A stretch of DNA of 63,854 nucleotides, counting the filler, from Klebsormidium nitens (Eukaryota; Plantae; Klebsormidiophyceae), in NCBI GenBank assembly GCA_000708835.1. It is 3 parts of 3 records of this genome, joined end to end, with 100 filler letters (N's around TTAATTAATTAA, not from the genome) between each part and the next. Parts side by side here need not be neighbours in the genome. Positions count along the whole stretch, not along the records: positions 1 to 31,116 come from DF237763.1; positions 31,217 to 59,042 come from DF237773.1; 1 more part is not named here. One strand, 5' to 3'. A program made the position numbers and the translations under genes. A model generated the notes under the pieces. That model worked only from the letters and a program-made list of their open reading frames with translations, made no database searches and had not been told where the DNA came from. How positions within the stretch are numbered: the first letter of the stretch is position 1; each line of letters starts with the position of its first letter. Shown in pieces: positions 26,975 to 37,945 of the stretch.

Positions 26975-28887
26975 CAGGGTGTTGGTGCATCGCTGCAGAG
27001 AGAGTGAATAGAAAGCGCAATTACGTACTTAGAGGCTCGTTTGGCAATCAGCCGGTGGGTAAGAGAACTCGTCATGGTGGAAACATTTGAGGGACTCCTT
27101 TTGGATTTTTAAGGACCAAGAAAAGCGCTTCGACTTAGAAGCATGCCCGCGGCTCAATCCTCAGGGTGTGCCATGCAGAGGAAAAACCCGGTTGCATGCT
27201 ACAGAGATGTGCAGGGTGCACGAAGCCCGCGTCTTAGAGAGAAATTTGCGAGCATGCGCTTTGCCATGTTCCGGGTGTTGAAAGAGCACTTGGTCTATAG
27301 TCCTTGGACAGGCTGTAGACTCATGAGCGCACTACCATTTGTTGTCAGGTATAGGGAGTAGAGATCAACAATCAACCATCAAAGACAAATTGGTCACCCA
27401 TAGAATCTGAGAATATTTCCTCAGTACTCCAATCAAGTTAGCCGGGAGGTCGGCAGCTCGAACGAACGGAGCCTAGGAACAAAAAAGGCACGACTTCTCA
27501 AGAGCGGCGGTATGGAGCAATGTACATTAAACACGTGATCAAAAGACAATCGATGGTGAAGATTTCATTAGGAGGACTTTGACAAACTTACATGAGAACC
27601 GGATCCACGCGTGCCAAGCATAACACAAGCCTCGTGCAAGTCGAGAATACGTTTAGTATCTCGAGTAACATTGTTGTTAAGGCGAATTTATTCAATGATC
27701 TAGCTAAGCAGGGTAAGCTCCATGCAAAAAATTCTCCTCTCAACTACTCACTACTACGGCGGCATTAAAATTGCAACTTACTAGAAATACCAGCATCATA
27801 CTACCGAATGATGTGGCCGCGTTGAGTGTGACATGAAAACGGCGCAAGATATGCACTGACACTGCATACTGGCTGTGTTGGCCGCTGAATGGGATGAATG
27901 CAAGCGAGGATGGCTGATTCACGCCGGCGCCTTACAGAGGTCAAGCGGCTCCTAAAGTAATGTATTGAAGGTCAAAAAGTTCTCTCTTGTGGTCACCGGG
28001 TTCGAGCATCATTGGAGTCGGCGACAAAAGAGGAAATAGTCACCGACTTACTAAGTCACGGAGTTATATGTGTTTAGTTTGTTTCTTTTCTATCGCTCTC
28101 TCAATTACATTTTTTGTCTTTGTCAGCGGCACGCCAAATGGTGCATGCTGGCACGCCAAAAGATCAGAAGGATCATGAACCATTCATTCACTTTCAGCGC
28201 CCAAACGTGAGTCCGACCATAGTTTGCCAACTACCTACACCCACTGAGCTTTATTGTATTTCAGATGGGGTAACGGTAAAGATGTGCTTATTCCGGCCGA
28301 AGTTCAAGGCTGGCCGGAATCTTCCAAAACGACTTATGTCATGAGTCGTCCAAAACTTTGTTTGGAAATCCGCCAACTTGGCTCGCCGAGAAGGTCGAAA
28401 GTAACGTCTCAGGACTTTGTATCAGCAGACTCGCATGTGGCCGCCGCAGCTCCGTCCATCTAACTTCACGCAGGCTCAGCTTGGCTGTTAAACTCCGGGC
28501 TGAACCAAGGCCCAACTATCAAGCCTATGATCAATGACCCCCACCGATGGTGAGCCATGGCGTGAAAGTTATCCGGACGTCACTAATCACCTACTACTAT
28601 GGGCGGCACTACGGTACACCCGACGGAACTATTCAATCTTTTGCGCGAAAAAATAGTGACAGTGGTTCCATGCGCCATCAACAATGTCAGGTGATGTCCA
28701 AGCGCGGCTCAACAAAGTGAAAATCGGCGATTTACTCTAGCACATGAAAATTGGCCGCCCTTTAGTCACATCCGAGTCATGGAGGGGCGATCTGAGCTTC
28801 CATTCCCAGACGTCTAGCATCGATGAGTATCTGCGGCGCAAGATTTGATTGGCAAGAAATCACGCCGCTATGTCGTTTTAATGAACT

Positions 28888-28932
28888 TCCCCGCAGTGGG
28901 ATTCGACCTTACGACCTCTCGGCCCTCTCATT
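28888..28932 (-). other. tRNA 3'-half-like sequence (B-box/T-arm-like), possibly a SINE remnant
   Basis: Minus strand reads GAGGTCGTAAGGTCGAATCCCACTGCGGGGA. I found no pairing 5' half. A shorter similar string (GTTCGAACCCCACTGCGG) lies at ~25724-25741 in an ACA intron. Confidence 0.3.
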
Positions 28933-31351
28933 TCGGCGCCGACTGGACCGCGGTCGGCGGCCAGACCGAACCGTCGGACTCTAGGCACCTCGCATGTACA
29001 GTGGGCATAGCCCCTCTGCCGGAGTTCATGATTGCGGCCAGCTGAGTTGCATCGGGCAGGTTGGGGCCCCCAAGAATGCTGGCACCGTAAAGATGCAGCT
29101 TGATTATTGAATGCAACATGACGTTCGCAGTGCGGCGATGCCACCGATATCACACTGGCCTAGAATCTCGGAGCACTGCATTACCAAAGCCTATATGCGG
29201 CATGATCCGAGGCTTTGATGCGGACAAACTCGCAGTACCATTGCAAATTCAATGACTATAAGTGCAATTCCTTGCAAATTATCAATGCCCGGTTAAAGTT
29301 CTATGCAATTGCAACAAGGAGAAGTTGCCAATTGTACGTGGCGGCGCAGGCTTTTCAAGCCCATCGCGGGGATCTTCTGGTAGCTACGCTCATGAGTACA
29401 GCGTTCGGCGAAACTTACCCACATAAACCCAATAGCCTCTTCGAGAATCTCCTTACAGCTGAATAAGGTTCTTCTTTGGTTCCCAGGCATCAGTGTGCTC
29501 GAGCCCATACCTTGAACCATTTGACGTGAAACTCGAGGCTTGGTTCCTTTTTCGTGTTTAACTTTGCGGTCATCTACTCGTACTCTTTCGATCTCATACT
29601 ACCAATGAGTCGTCGATTTCGATGGGTGGTGGAGGCGGCTGCACTCGGGCCGCTCCGATCGAGTCTGTAGCCTCTTCACAAATTTACGTGAAACACGTTG
29701 TGTGTGACGGTTGACTAGCTTAAGCGAAGCGCTGGCAAGATAACTACACGCGACACAAGCAACCATGTGCGGAAACCATGGTTGCCTGCACGCGTTTTTT
29801 AACAAAGGCGCAGCTCTGTAGAAATGTTGTCTTTCTGCTCAAGCCTACAGCCTTTCTGCTTGCTGGTTGGGACTTGTTTCCAAGGATCCCCGCAAGCCTA
29901 CTACGTCTCATTTTTGTTCGCGTTCAATGAAGTTTCGAATTATGGAGAGGCAGTCCACGAGCGCACTCGACTCTGCATCCCTTAGTCACGTCTAAGGCTT
30001 CCGTCCAGCTAGTCAGAAAGCATACCTACGATCCGATGGTAGAGCGTCATGCACCATGCCAAGCAATCCTGGTCACTGTTATGAACTCAGTGTGGTCATG
30101 CTGGCCGCTGCATCACAACACTTGCTAACTAAGCATGATCACTGTGAACTCTACGAAGTATTTGGTGGCGTAATTAATTGATTTACCGTTAACTACGTCA
30201 CATCGTGACTGTACTCATATGCCGCAACCTGGCATATAAGCTAACCTGAAAAGTTGAACACTGGTGACGATGCGCGCTTAGACCTAACTATGGCCCATCC
30301 ATCACACTGGTTACACCTCCCTGAAACGCTGACTTGGGTTGATTCTGAGTAGAAGGACAGGGCCTGTCTGCAGCCACCAGAAAGCTACTTGAGGCTTGCA
30401 AGGCTTGATAGTAGTAGCCTGTAGGCTTAGCCTCCTTGATCTGCTCCTCAAACTTCTTCCCCCAGATTTGGATCGGATTAATTCACTGGAGGCTCCGGGC
30501 GCTGATGCAGGAGATCCACTGTGGTGGGATTCAGTGGCTTCCTTGCTACCAGAGTCCCCACTGCCATTTCCACTGCCACTGCTTTTGGAGGGGTTGACCA
30601 TCGAGGTCAGGGTCGAGTCCACCCTGCCACTGTGCCCCGTGTTCCCCGGATTGCCCTCTTCAGCCTGTGAAGAGGGGGAGTCGGAATTGAAACGTGTTTA
30701 CTTCTTGTGAGCATGGGAGAGGCGCGAAGGTGCCTCGTTATAAAGTTCTCGGAGAGAAGATGGTGTAATTGAGGCTACACCTTTTGTGGAATCCGGAGAC
30801 TATGTGTCTCATTCCTGCTCCCCTAAGTGGGAGTTCAAGCATGCATAATCTCATGTGTATGATATTACGAGGCGCAGACTTGCAGCCAGTCACCATGCAT
30901 AGACTCAAAAAGTATGTCCGTTTTGATTTCAACCGGATCCGGCCATCCAACGCCGTGGAACTCGCTCGAGGTGCAACTCGCGGCCGCACTGCCCGTGTGA
31001 CGTGACACAAATGAGCATAGCTATAGCTCATAAGCATAGAGTCACCGTTACAGACCCAAGCCTTTAAATTCTCGGACTTTGAAAAATCCTGCATTCCGGG
31101 CATGCGGTGCCATGCCNNNNNNNNNNNNNNNNNNNNNNNNNNNNNNNNNNNNNNNNNNNNTTAATTAATTAANNNNNNNNNNNNNNNNNNNNNNNNNNNN
31201 NNNNNNNNNNNNNNNNGCTTGTGGAGGCGGTGTAAGAGGGCCGTATACTGGCCTATTGTTTTGAGAGTCCTCCCTTCGCCGGAGAGGAGAGTGGTCAAGT
31301 CCATCTAGATGTTTTGAAGGCTGAACAAAATAAGTGCACTTCGGACGCTTC

Positions 31352-32307
31352 TCAAACTCGCCTGTATACACGTTCTGCAATCTCGGCAGAGTGCCCCATA
31401 CTCGCAGCAACAGCCTTCCGCTTTTGCAGAGTCGTGTCGTCCTTGTAGAGCTCGCTCAGAAAGATCTTCCGGAGCATCCAGGACCCGACCCGTCTGTTCT
31501 CGTTCGCAAAAATCTGTGACGAGGTTTGCGACAAGTAGGCGGGGGTCATGGGAATGTCACCATCCTTTAGGTTGGAAAGCAAGTATTTCCTCGGGAAGAG
31601 TCGGAGGCTGTCGGAGATGACTTTTATTCAGGGGTTTCGGAAACACGTGCGTCTGATCGCCGTACGCCTTGTGTGTCTTATAGCACTTGTCTTAGAAGGA
31701 GGGTGTAGCAGCCAGGTGACTCTTCGACGAGCACGTTCGTGCCTTTTTCTGCTTCGGTTTGCTCGCGACCGTATGGGATGATCTTGACGTGCGCAAAGTC
31801 GTTACGCAATGGGCAGATTCTACTGTAGAGATTCAGGATCGCATGGTGTGTGATCAGCTTCCTGTCTTCGACGGTGATATCCTCGACATTCTTCACAACA
31901 ATCTTCTTCTTGATGGTTCGTTGAAGCTGCTTGATCTTATCACGAACGTCGTTGAAGGTTATCCAATTCTTCAACTCTCGGTCCGTTTTCGACTGTGCTA
32001 AGTTTTCGTTGTCAGAGATTTCCTTAACGCACTTTTCTAGCTCCTCTGAGTACTTCATGAGCAACTCTCCATCCTTGTTGCCCTTCAGAAGGACAATGAC
32101 GGGTACAATGTACAGCTTACGAGATGGGGCCTTGTAGTGTGAAAGGGATGCCATAACATTCTCCACGTCTTGCAACCAGTCCAAGTCAGAAAAGTAGTCA
32201 TCATCGGACTGAGTCACCATTCTGTGCAGACGGTTAAGAATCGAGATGTACTGAGTGACCGTTGTGTCGGACCTTTTGGGGCCGCTCAATAGGTTCCGTA
32301 AAACCAT
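31352..32307 (-). pseudogene. Tyrosine recombinase/integrase (OLV11-like), interrupted by two frameshifts
   Basis: Joined frames give CPLRNDFA (catalytic Arg), YKTHKAYG (Lys), MLRKIF, MGHS and RVY (Tyr) in the canonical order. Frameshifts near 31690 and 31625. Confidence 0.8.
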
Positions 32308-32364
32308 TCATCTGGTTTGTAATTGAGATAATTTTCTCGCTCGGTATGGCAGGTTACAAGAAGG

Positions 32365-33624
32365 ATGGAAGATGATGATTACTGCATCGTGGAGTATGCA
32401 CAATTGGATGCTGACGGGATGCGCCTTTCAAAGGAAGACTGTGCACTTGCAAGAAAGGCAAAGGAGGTTGCCTGTCAACGTGACCAAATTTTGCAGCTCC
32501 TAGGCGAGATTAAGGACTCAGTGGGCTCCTTCGACGAAGCTCGCCTGCTGTATCGCAATTGGAGGGTGAGAGTACTAAAGTCATTGAGACGACAGCGGAT
32601 CTTTGACGAATTACCAGAGTTCTCCGGCGTGTGTGGTTCTTGCAGGCAGGACGTGGGGTATTACAGTGTCCACGCGATCGTCAAGAGCGGCTCGGTTGAA
32701 TGGATTTGCCACTCATGTGACGTCATGGATAATCAGGACCTTGCAGATTTGCGGGCGGCCGTAGATGCCAACCTCCTCAAGCTGCGAACCTCTTTGAACG
32801 AGCTCGCGGAGGTGGCCTCCCTTCAGCAGGTACAGAAGCTGATCCGCATAAGGGACGTCTTGAAAGCATCTGCAAAGGCCCCGGGGGAACGATACGAAGT
32901 GCCTCGAATCGGTGGTCACGAATTCTTCGAGTGGAAGCTCTTAGTGATTGACCCCATGCCCAACTTTCCTAAAGAGGAACTAGAGAGGAGGGAGTTTTGT
33001 GCAATGATGTCTACAAAGGAGCGGGCCGATTTGACCAGACTAATGAAGCAGGTCGAAAGGCTGCATCAACGTTATTTTCATACGGATTTGCTGGGGCTGA
33101 TCGCCGATTCGGTGAAGACGCGTAACATGCACATGCAGAAGCGCTTCGAGACGATTCGGAAGCCGGCCCTTTTCGAAAGCCTGTCGCCGGAGGCAGCCAA
33201 GGCCCTCTGGGATGCACAAAAGGGCAAGTGTTCGAGCTGTGGGGACGACATGCTCTGGAGCAGACTGTTTGGCGGAGGCTGGCTTTGTCCTGAGCTCGAC
33301 AGGACGGATGTTAGATTGGGCACATACGTCGACAATTGCACGTGGATGTGTAGATGCTGCAATACGTTCAAGGGGTCGACGTTGGACGTACGAGCCTACG
33401 ATAGGGTGCATTTGGACACGCTTGAGAACGTAATGGGACGGCTTCCCGAAGTTTCAGATGAGTCGATGAAGTTATTGTCCGCGGAGGTCGATCGTCAAGG
33501 TGGCAGGGACGCCCACCTCAAATGGTTGCGGGAGAAGAGTGCGCCGGCACCACAGCCTGTGGCACCACTGGCACCACATCTGGCACCGCCACCAGCATCT
33601 GGCACCACATGCGCCACAGCATAG
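32365..33624 (+). CDS. 419-aa protein with a C-terminal EndoVII/HNH-like Zn nuclease domain
   Basis: Intact ORF. QKGKCSSCG...ELDRTD...YVDNCTWMCRCCNTFKG matches the CxxC...DRxD...N...CxxCN pattern; a further CxxC pair lies in the N-terminal half. Confidence 0.65.
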   Translation: MEDDDYCIVEYAQLDADGMRLSKEDCALARKAKEVACQRDQILQLLGEIKDSVGSFDEARLLYRNWRVRVLKSLRRQRIFDELPEFSGVCGSCRQDVGYYSVHAIVKSGSVEWICHSCDVMDNQDLADLRAAVDANLLKLRTSLNELAEVASLQQVQKLIRIRDVLKASAKAPGERYEVPRIGGHEFFEWKLLVIDPMPNFPKEELERREFCAMMSTKERADLTRLMKQVERLHQRYFHTDLLGLIADSVKTRNMHMQKRFETIRKPALFESLSPEAAKALWDAQKGKCSSCGDDMLWSRLFGGGWLCPELDRTDVRLGTYVDNCTWMCRCCNTFKGSTLDVRAYDRVHLDTLENVMGRLPEVSDESMKLLSAEVDRQGGRDAHLKWLREKSAPAPQPVAPLAPHLAPPPASGTTCATA

Positions 33625-33670
33625 AGTTCTCAAACGAGATTGTTTTTGCATTTCTGTTCCATAGCTTACC

Positions 33671-33838
33671 ATGGAAGAGGTTCTGACTCCCACTCCACAA
33701 AGGCCCATTAGCAGGCTCCAGATCAACGAGGACTGTCCGAAAAGCACACGCTCCTTACCAACCCCGAAGACGGCTGTACGTGAGCAGATTACGCCTGAGG
33801 AGATTGCCTGGTTGTATGATTCCCTGGCGGTCTTGTGA
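33671..33838 (+). CDS. Small hypothetical ORF (55 aa, MEEVLTPTPQ...PEEIAWLYDSLAVL)
   Basis: ATG-to-TGA ORF filling the gap between neighbouring genes; below the ORF-track length cutoff. Confidence 0.3.
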   Translation: MEEVLTPTPQRPISRLQINEDCPKSTRSLPTPKTAVREQITPEEIAWLYDSLAVL

Positions 33839-33937
33839 AGAGTAACAAATCGAACGGATTCTAGAAAAGAAACCCTTCGTGCAAGCCTCTTGCGGGAGCG
33901 TTTGGTGCAGCAGGCGACGGATGGTCCTTAGCAACCA

Positions 33938-34330
33938 CTAACAGTTCTCTTCAAGGAACCGCAGAGCGGCCTTCTGCCAAGGTGACTTGGGGGACTTTGG
34001 TGATGTACTTGCATCAGCTGTCATGGATTCAAATTCACAGAAGGCATCGAATAAGGTGTTCTTGTCTGCTGCATCGTTGAGTGCTTCGGGTGCCGTGTAG
34101 GCCCTGCTGCACATGATTACTTCTTCCATGCGCCTGAGACCGTCGAGGAGAACCTTTGGTGCGTGGGCATTGGAAAGGGTGTCGATGAACTGTGAAGCAT
34201 AGTCTTCAAAGGTCAGCCTGTGTCTCGAAGAGGTCGTGTAAAAATGTTCCTTTGACTCGGGAGTGGGATCCATTCTAGGTTGTGGCCCAGATTTGCGTAA
34301 GTGTTGTGCGGACGCGCCATTTATTACCAT
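33938..34330 (-). CDS. Hypothetical protein (~110-130 aa)
   Basis: Intact ORF with protein-like composition in the compact block; no family recognised. Confidence 0.5.
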   Translation of the reverse strand: MVINGASAQHLRKSGPQPRMDPTPESKEHFYTTSSRHRLTFEDYASQFIDTLSNAHAPKVLLDGLRRMEEVIMCSRAYTAPEALNDAADKNTLFDAFCEFESMTADASTSPKSPKSPWQKAALRFLEENC

Positions 34331-34806
34331 TTTCGCTCAAACTGTCGCCCCTGTTATGTAACGGGGGTACAAGAAAATGCGATAAATAGCAATAATGCCA
34401 GAGTTAACTGGCTATCCCTCAGCCGCCCAGCGTCTTCGGTAGGCAGAGCCTGACCAGAGTAACTGGGTACTGAAGAATACTGTTCCTTTTTGTGGACACA
34501 AGTACTGATATTCCTATGCCATGCCATAGACCTCCGACCCAAATCCAAGCGACGCTGGTACATTGCACAAAGTGCAATCGCGCTTCAGGGAAGCTCAAAT
34601 ATGGGCCTTTTGATGGAGGTCTCATACCGTATGTTGACGGGGCACGCTTAGGACAGCACTAGCCACTCTTAGTCGGTAACAAGTGATGCTCATAATCAGA
34701 ACATACAGTACCCCCTCACAATTTTGAGGGGGGTTTGAACGCACTTTCCAGATCTTCAAGCGTTACACACCACAAGTGACACTTTCGAGGAAACTGGTAA
34801 TAATCC

Positions 34807-35247
34807 TTGCAGGTTCATATGGCGCAGTCGATTGCTTTTGGTAGAGTGGCCATGCCTGTACAAGCCTTTCGTGAGAGGGAGGAGAGGAGCTACCGAGTCA
34901 AGAGGGGGCAACTACCAGCCAGGGTGCACGTTTTGGAGTTCGGACAGGCCGTACTATGCAACCCCACCGGGATGCGGGATAACAAGCTGTGTGCAGTTGC
35001 GTTCCCGTCGAAGCCCCTGCTTCAGTCCGTGAATGCGGTTTTGGAAAACCAGTTCAGGATTGGGGATATGAGCACGGACGCCTTGCTGACTCACATAGAG
35101 ACCTTGCAAGATGTCGAGGGTGTTTTTGAGGTGAATGACTGCTTCTGCCAGTTGGAGAATAGGAAGACCTACTACATGGTCACTCAGATTCTCAATGAAG
35201 GCGATGAAGCATTCATCTCTGAAAGAGTTCTCGAATTTGACAACTGA
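34807..35247 (+). CDS. Hypothetical protein (146 aa)
   Basis: Intact ORF, co-directional and tightly packed with the next ORFs; no family recognised. Confidence 0.45.
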   Translation: MQVHMAQSIAFGRVAMPVQAFREREERSYRVKRGQLPARVHVLEFGQAVLCNPTGMRDNKLCAVAFPSKPLLQSVNAVLENQFRIGDMSTDALLTHIETLQDVEGVFEVNDCFCQLENRKTYYMVTQILNEGDEAFISERVLEFDN

Positions 35248-35335
35248 CATTACCAGTAGCCTAAATCCGGAGTGATTTACAGTTTGCAAGCAGTTCCAAC
35301 CACCACCCTGAGTCACTTGGATCAAGTCTCGTCTC

Positions 35336-35569
35336 ATGAGGGACGATTCCATCACGAATGACCCAATCTTTCGTCCCACCAAGTATCAGTTGCAACATGC
35401 ATACGCAACTGCTCATGCCCTTGACTTCAAGCTCCCTTTTGCTGAATGTAAAACGGAGTCGTGCTGGGAACTCTTGTACAAGTTCCACTCTCACCATACG
35501 GGTACAATCGAGAGTCTCCACGATGAAGTATGGGAAGACGCTCATCATTACCATAACATTGATAGCTGA
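35336..35569 (+). CDS. Small His-rich hypothetical protein (77 aa)
   Basis: Intact ORF. Its 3' part (GAGTCTCCACGATGAAGTATGGGA) recurs in diverged form at ~38120-38150. Confidence 0.4.
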   Translation: MRDDSITNDPIFRPTKYQLQHAYATAHALDFKLPFAECKTESCWELLYKFHSHHTGTIESLHDEVWEDAHHYHNIDS

Positions 35570-35934
35570 TTTCAACACTTTGACGTGCCCGACTGCATGG
35601 TGACGTTACACCCAAGCACTGGCCTTGTCAGAGCTTGGACGCGAAGGGAACAGCATGGTCCACGCCGAGCAGTTACGTCCAAGATGACGTTCCACATGAT
35701 CCAATAATGGTCTTACATGGCACGTGACAGAAACCGTGGACACAACAAAAGTGATACCGCCGCGTGTCCATATCGCGAGATTGTGAAGATTACCCCGTCC
35801 GCTGCGGGCAGCAGGTTTGAACTGTACGGTAGTGAGACGGCCAAATTGTTCCAACGCTACAACTGGAGCTGCGTCAAATTCCCAAAGGGTGCAAAAGTTT
35901 GCCAAAGTTTGCCTCCTACGGGAGGTGGGCAAAC

Positions 35935-37077
35935 ATGGGGGAGACCTATGGGTCGTTGTTAACCAGACAGCAGCAACATAAAGTGTCTGAGATAGCCCTC
36001 GCCATTGCCCCAGACGGGTTCACCATCTCTTGTAATGATGACTATGCCATTTTAGGTTACAAGCACAAAGATCGTGCGCGCAATAGAGTGCGTGAAATAG
36101 GGCGAGAGGGATTTGACTACATTGTTGTTCGTAAACCTAATCAGGTTCCCTGGGAGGACTATCTTCTTACCCGCCAGTTTGTGGAGGAGATTCTTGCACG
36201 GTCCAGGAGTGAACTTGGGAGGGTAATACTGGGGTTTTATCGAGAAGTGAGGGACACATATTGCAGAGGTACTGAAGACGGGAGGAAACGTCAGGCCAAG
36301 TTGATGGCAGCTCATGCAGACAACAAGGTAAGGTAAATGTGCAAGAATGTATTGCAAAGGTTACACCTGATTTGAATCAAATGCTGGCATTTTCTAGGTT
36401 TTGTAGGTCTGGGGCACTTGATAGAGTTCTTGCGTTGATCTGCCTCTGCCCTATCTGGGACACTTATGTCCTCTGCGGTTTTCAATGCATGAGCAGCTTG
36501 AGGATTGTGTTTCCGTAACGCAGGTTCTGTTTTCTGGCAGGTGTCTTCCGCTGTAATCCTTCAACCACTAGCGACAATAGCGCTTCGTCAAGCAGAGCGG
36601 CCGCAATCCCCAGGGCATGCCCAGCAAGCGCAGCCACGTGGCCTCATGCAAGCTGGGCAGTCCCAACAAATGCAGCCACGGCGAGTGCAACAAGCAATGC
36701 CGTTCATGCAAGCTGGGCCGCAAGCGCAGCCAGTTGGGCTGCTTAAAGCGCAGCTAGATGGACAGCTGCCGCATGCCCGGCAAGTGCAGCCAGTTGGGCA
36801 GCTCATACAAGAAGGGCAACCCAGTGGGATGGGGGGACAGTCCCAACACGGGCCTTGGTCAAGACATCCCACCCCAGAAAGACCGCAAGCCAGATTGGGA
36901 CCGCATTTTGTTAGGTACTCGCAGTCCGGATCAGGGCAGCCCAATCAACCACAGCAACAAAGTCTGGGGGCTTCTGAGGTTTTACGACAAAGGCAGTGGC
37001 AGCAGTGGTCTCAACAAGTCCGTCAAGGCCTGGAGCAGGAGGGGCAGCAGGTACTGTTTATCATCAGAGTCACCTAA
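35935..37077 (+). CDS. AntA/MSV199-like DNA-binding domain, probably spliced to a Gln-rich exon
   Basis: FTISCNDDYAILGYKHKDRARNRV...EGFDY...EDYLLT...GRVILGFY pattern. Donor AAG|GTAAGG at 36327/36328 and acceptor TTTTCTGGCAG|GTG at 36540/36541, both phase 0. Confidence 0.55.
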
Positions 37078-37639
37078 AGTGTCGCCGAAGTGATCGCTTG
37101 AGGCAATAAAAAAGGCGAAAATCGGCACCATATGTACTGTTCAGTTCTATTTGGGGTCAGGCGTTTTTGCATGTTTGCACTGCAATTTAGGCTGATATAT
37201 CGTCATTTGTTTCCAGGTAACACCGAACGTTCAGGTACAACAACGAACTTGTATCTAATCCGACGCGTGTGTGTGAGTAAGATGCATTTCCTTGAGGGTG
37301 CGCGGCAGCTAAACGTTCTAAAGGAGAGTATGAATCAAAGATGCGTTTATGTGTAAATCTCCAATGGTTCCATTTTCACAAGGTTTGGTAAGGTGAATCC
37401 CTTCATGAACCTCGGTTCAGAGCCCCACCTACTCGACAACCAAGGTGTGTTCTCCTTATTAACACGTGTTTTGTGCAGCATGTCCTGCAAGCTTTACGAG
37501 AGCAAAGACCATTGAGAGGGGTATCTGCACCAGAGCGCTGATGGTACATATGATGGTTTGTGTAGAATAGAAGTATGATGCCACCTATCAACAGAGATTT
37601 GAGATGATTGGAGTGCTCGCTGGAGGTTTTCCTAATTTA

Positions 37640-37945
37640 CGTTGTGGTGAGATCGGAAGCTTTGGATTGTTAATTGAGCGGCCCTTGTGCTATCCATTTA
37701 GTAAGTGCCCGAATCTTAGCCACCTCTCGGTACGTTGTATGTTCTCGGTAGAACCGCATCTCGTCCAGATCATCCACGATTTCGTCAACGTTCCAATTCT
37801 GATGTATTTGTTGCACGCGCGCGAGTACTTTTGTACCTCGACTCCATGTTTAGATAGACGTGCATCCTGCAAAGTAAGCATAGCAACTATGTCTTCCGAA
37901 GACTGTCGCCCATATAAGTATGGTTCCAATTCTGACAAAATCTTC
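37640..37945 (-). pseudogene. Truncated, diverged copy of the 3' part of the F-box/XPA-like gene at 44904-46187
   Basis: ELEPYLYGRQSSEDIVAMLTLQDAR...VEVQKYSRACNKYIRIG versus ELELYLYGRQSLKDILAMLNLQDAR...LEVQKYSRTCNEYIRIG. Confidence 0.85.

Noticed and set aside
28570-28620. CACTA-like strings suggesting an En/Spm terminus
   Set aside because: No matching inverted end or 3-bp target duplication found; a 5-mer is expected by chance.
30311-30710. Ser/Gly-rich ORFs on both strands
   Set aside because: Low complexity, bounded by stops, no start context or family motif; cannot be supported as a gene.
31117-31216. TTAATTAATTAA embedded in N-runs (also at 59043-59142)
   Set aside because: Identical 12-mer centred in two gaps that puts stops in all six frames: a scaffolding linker, not biology.
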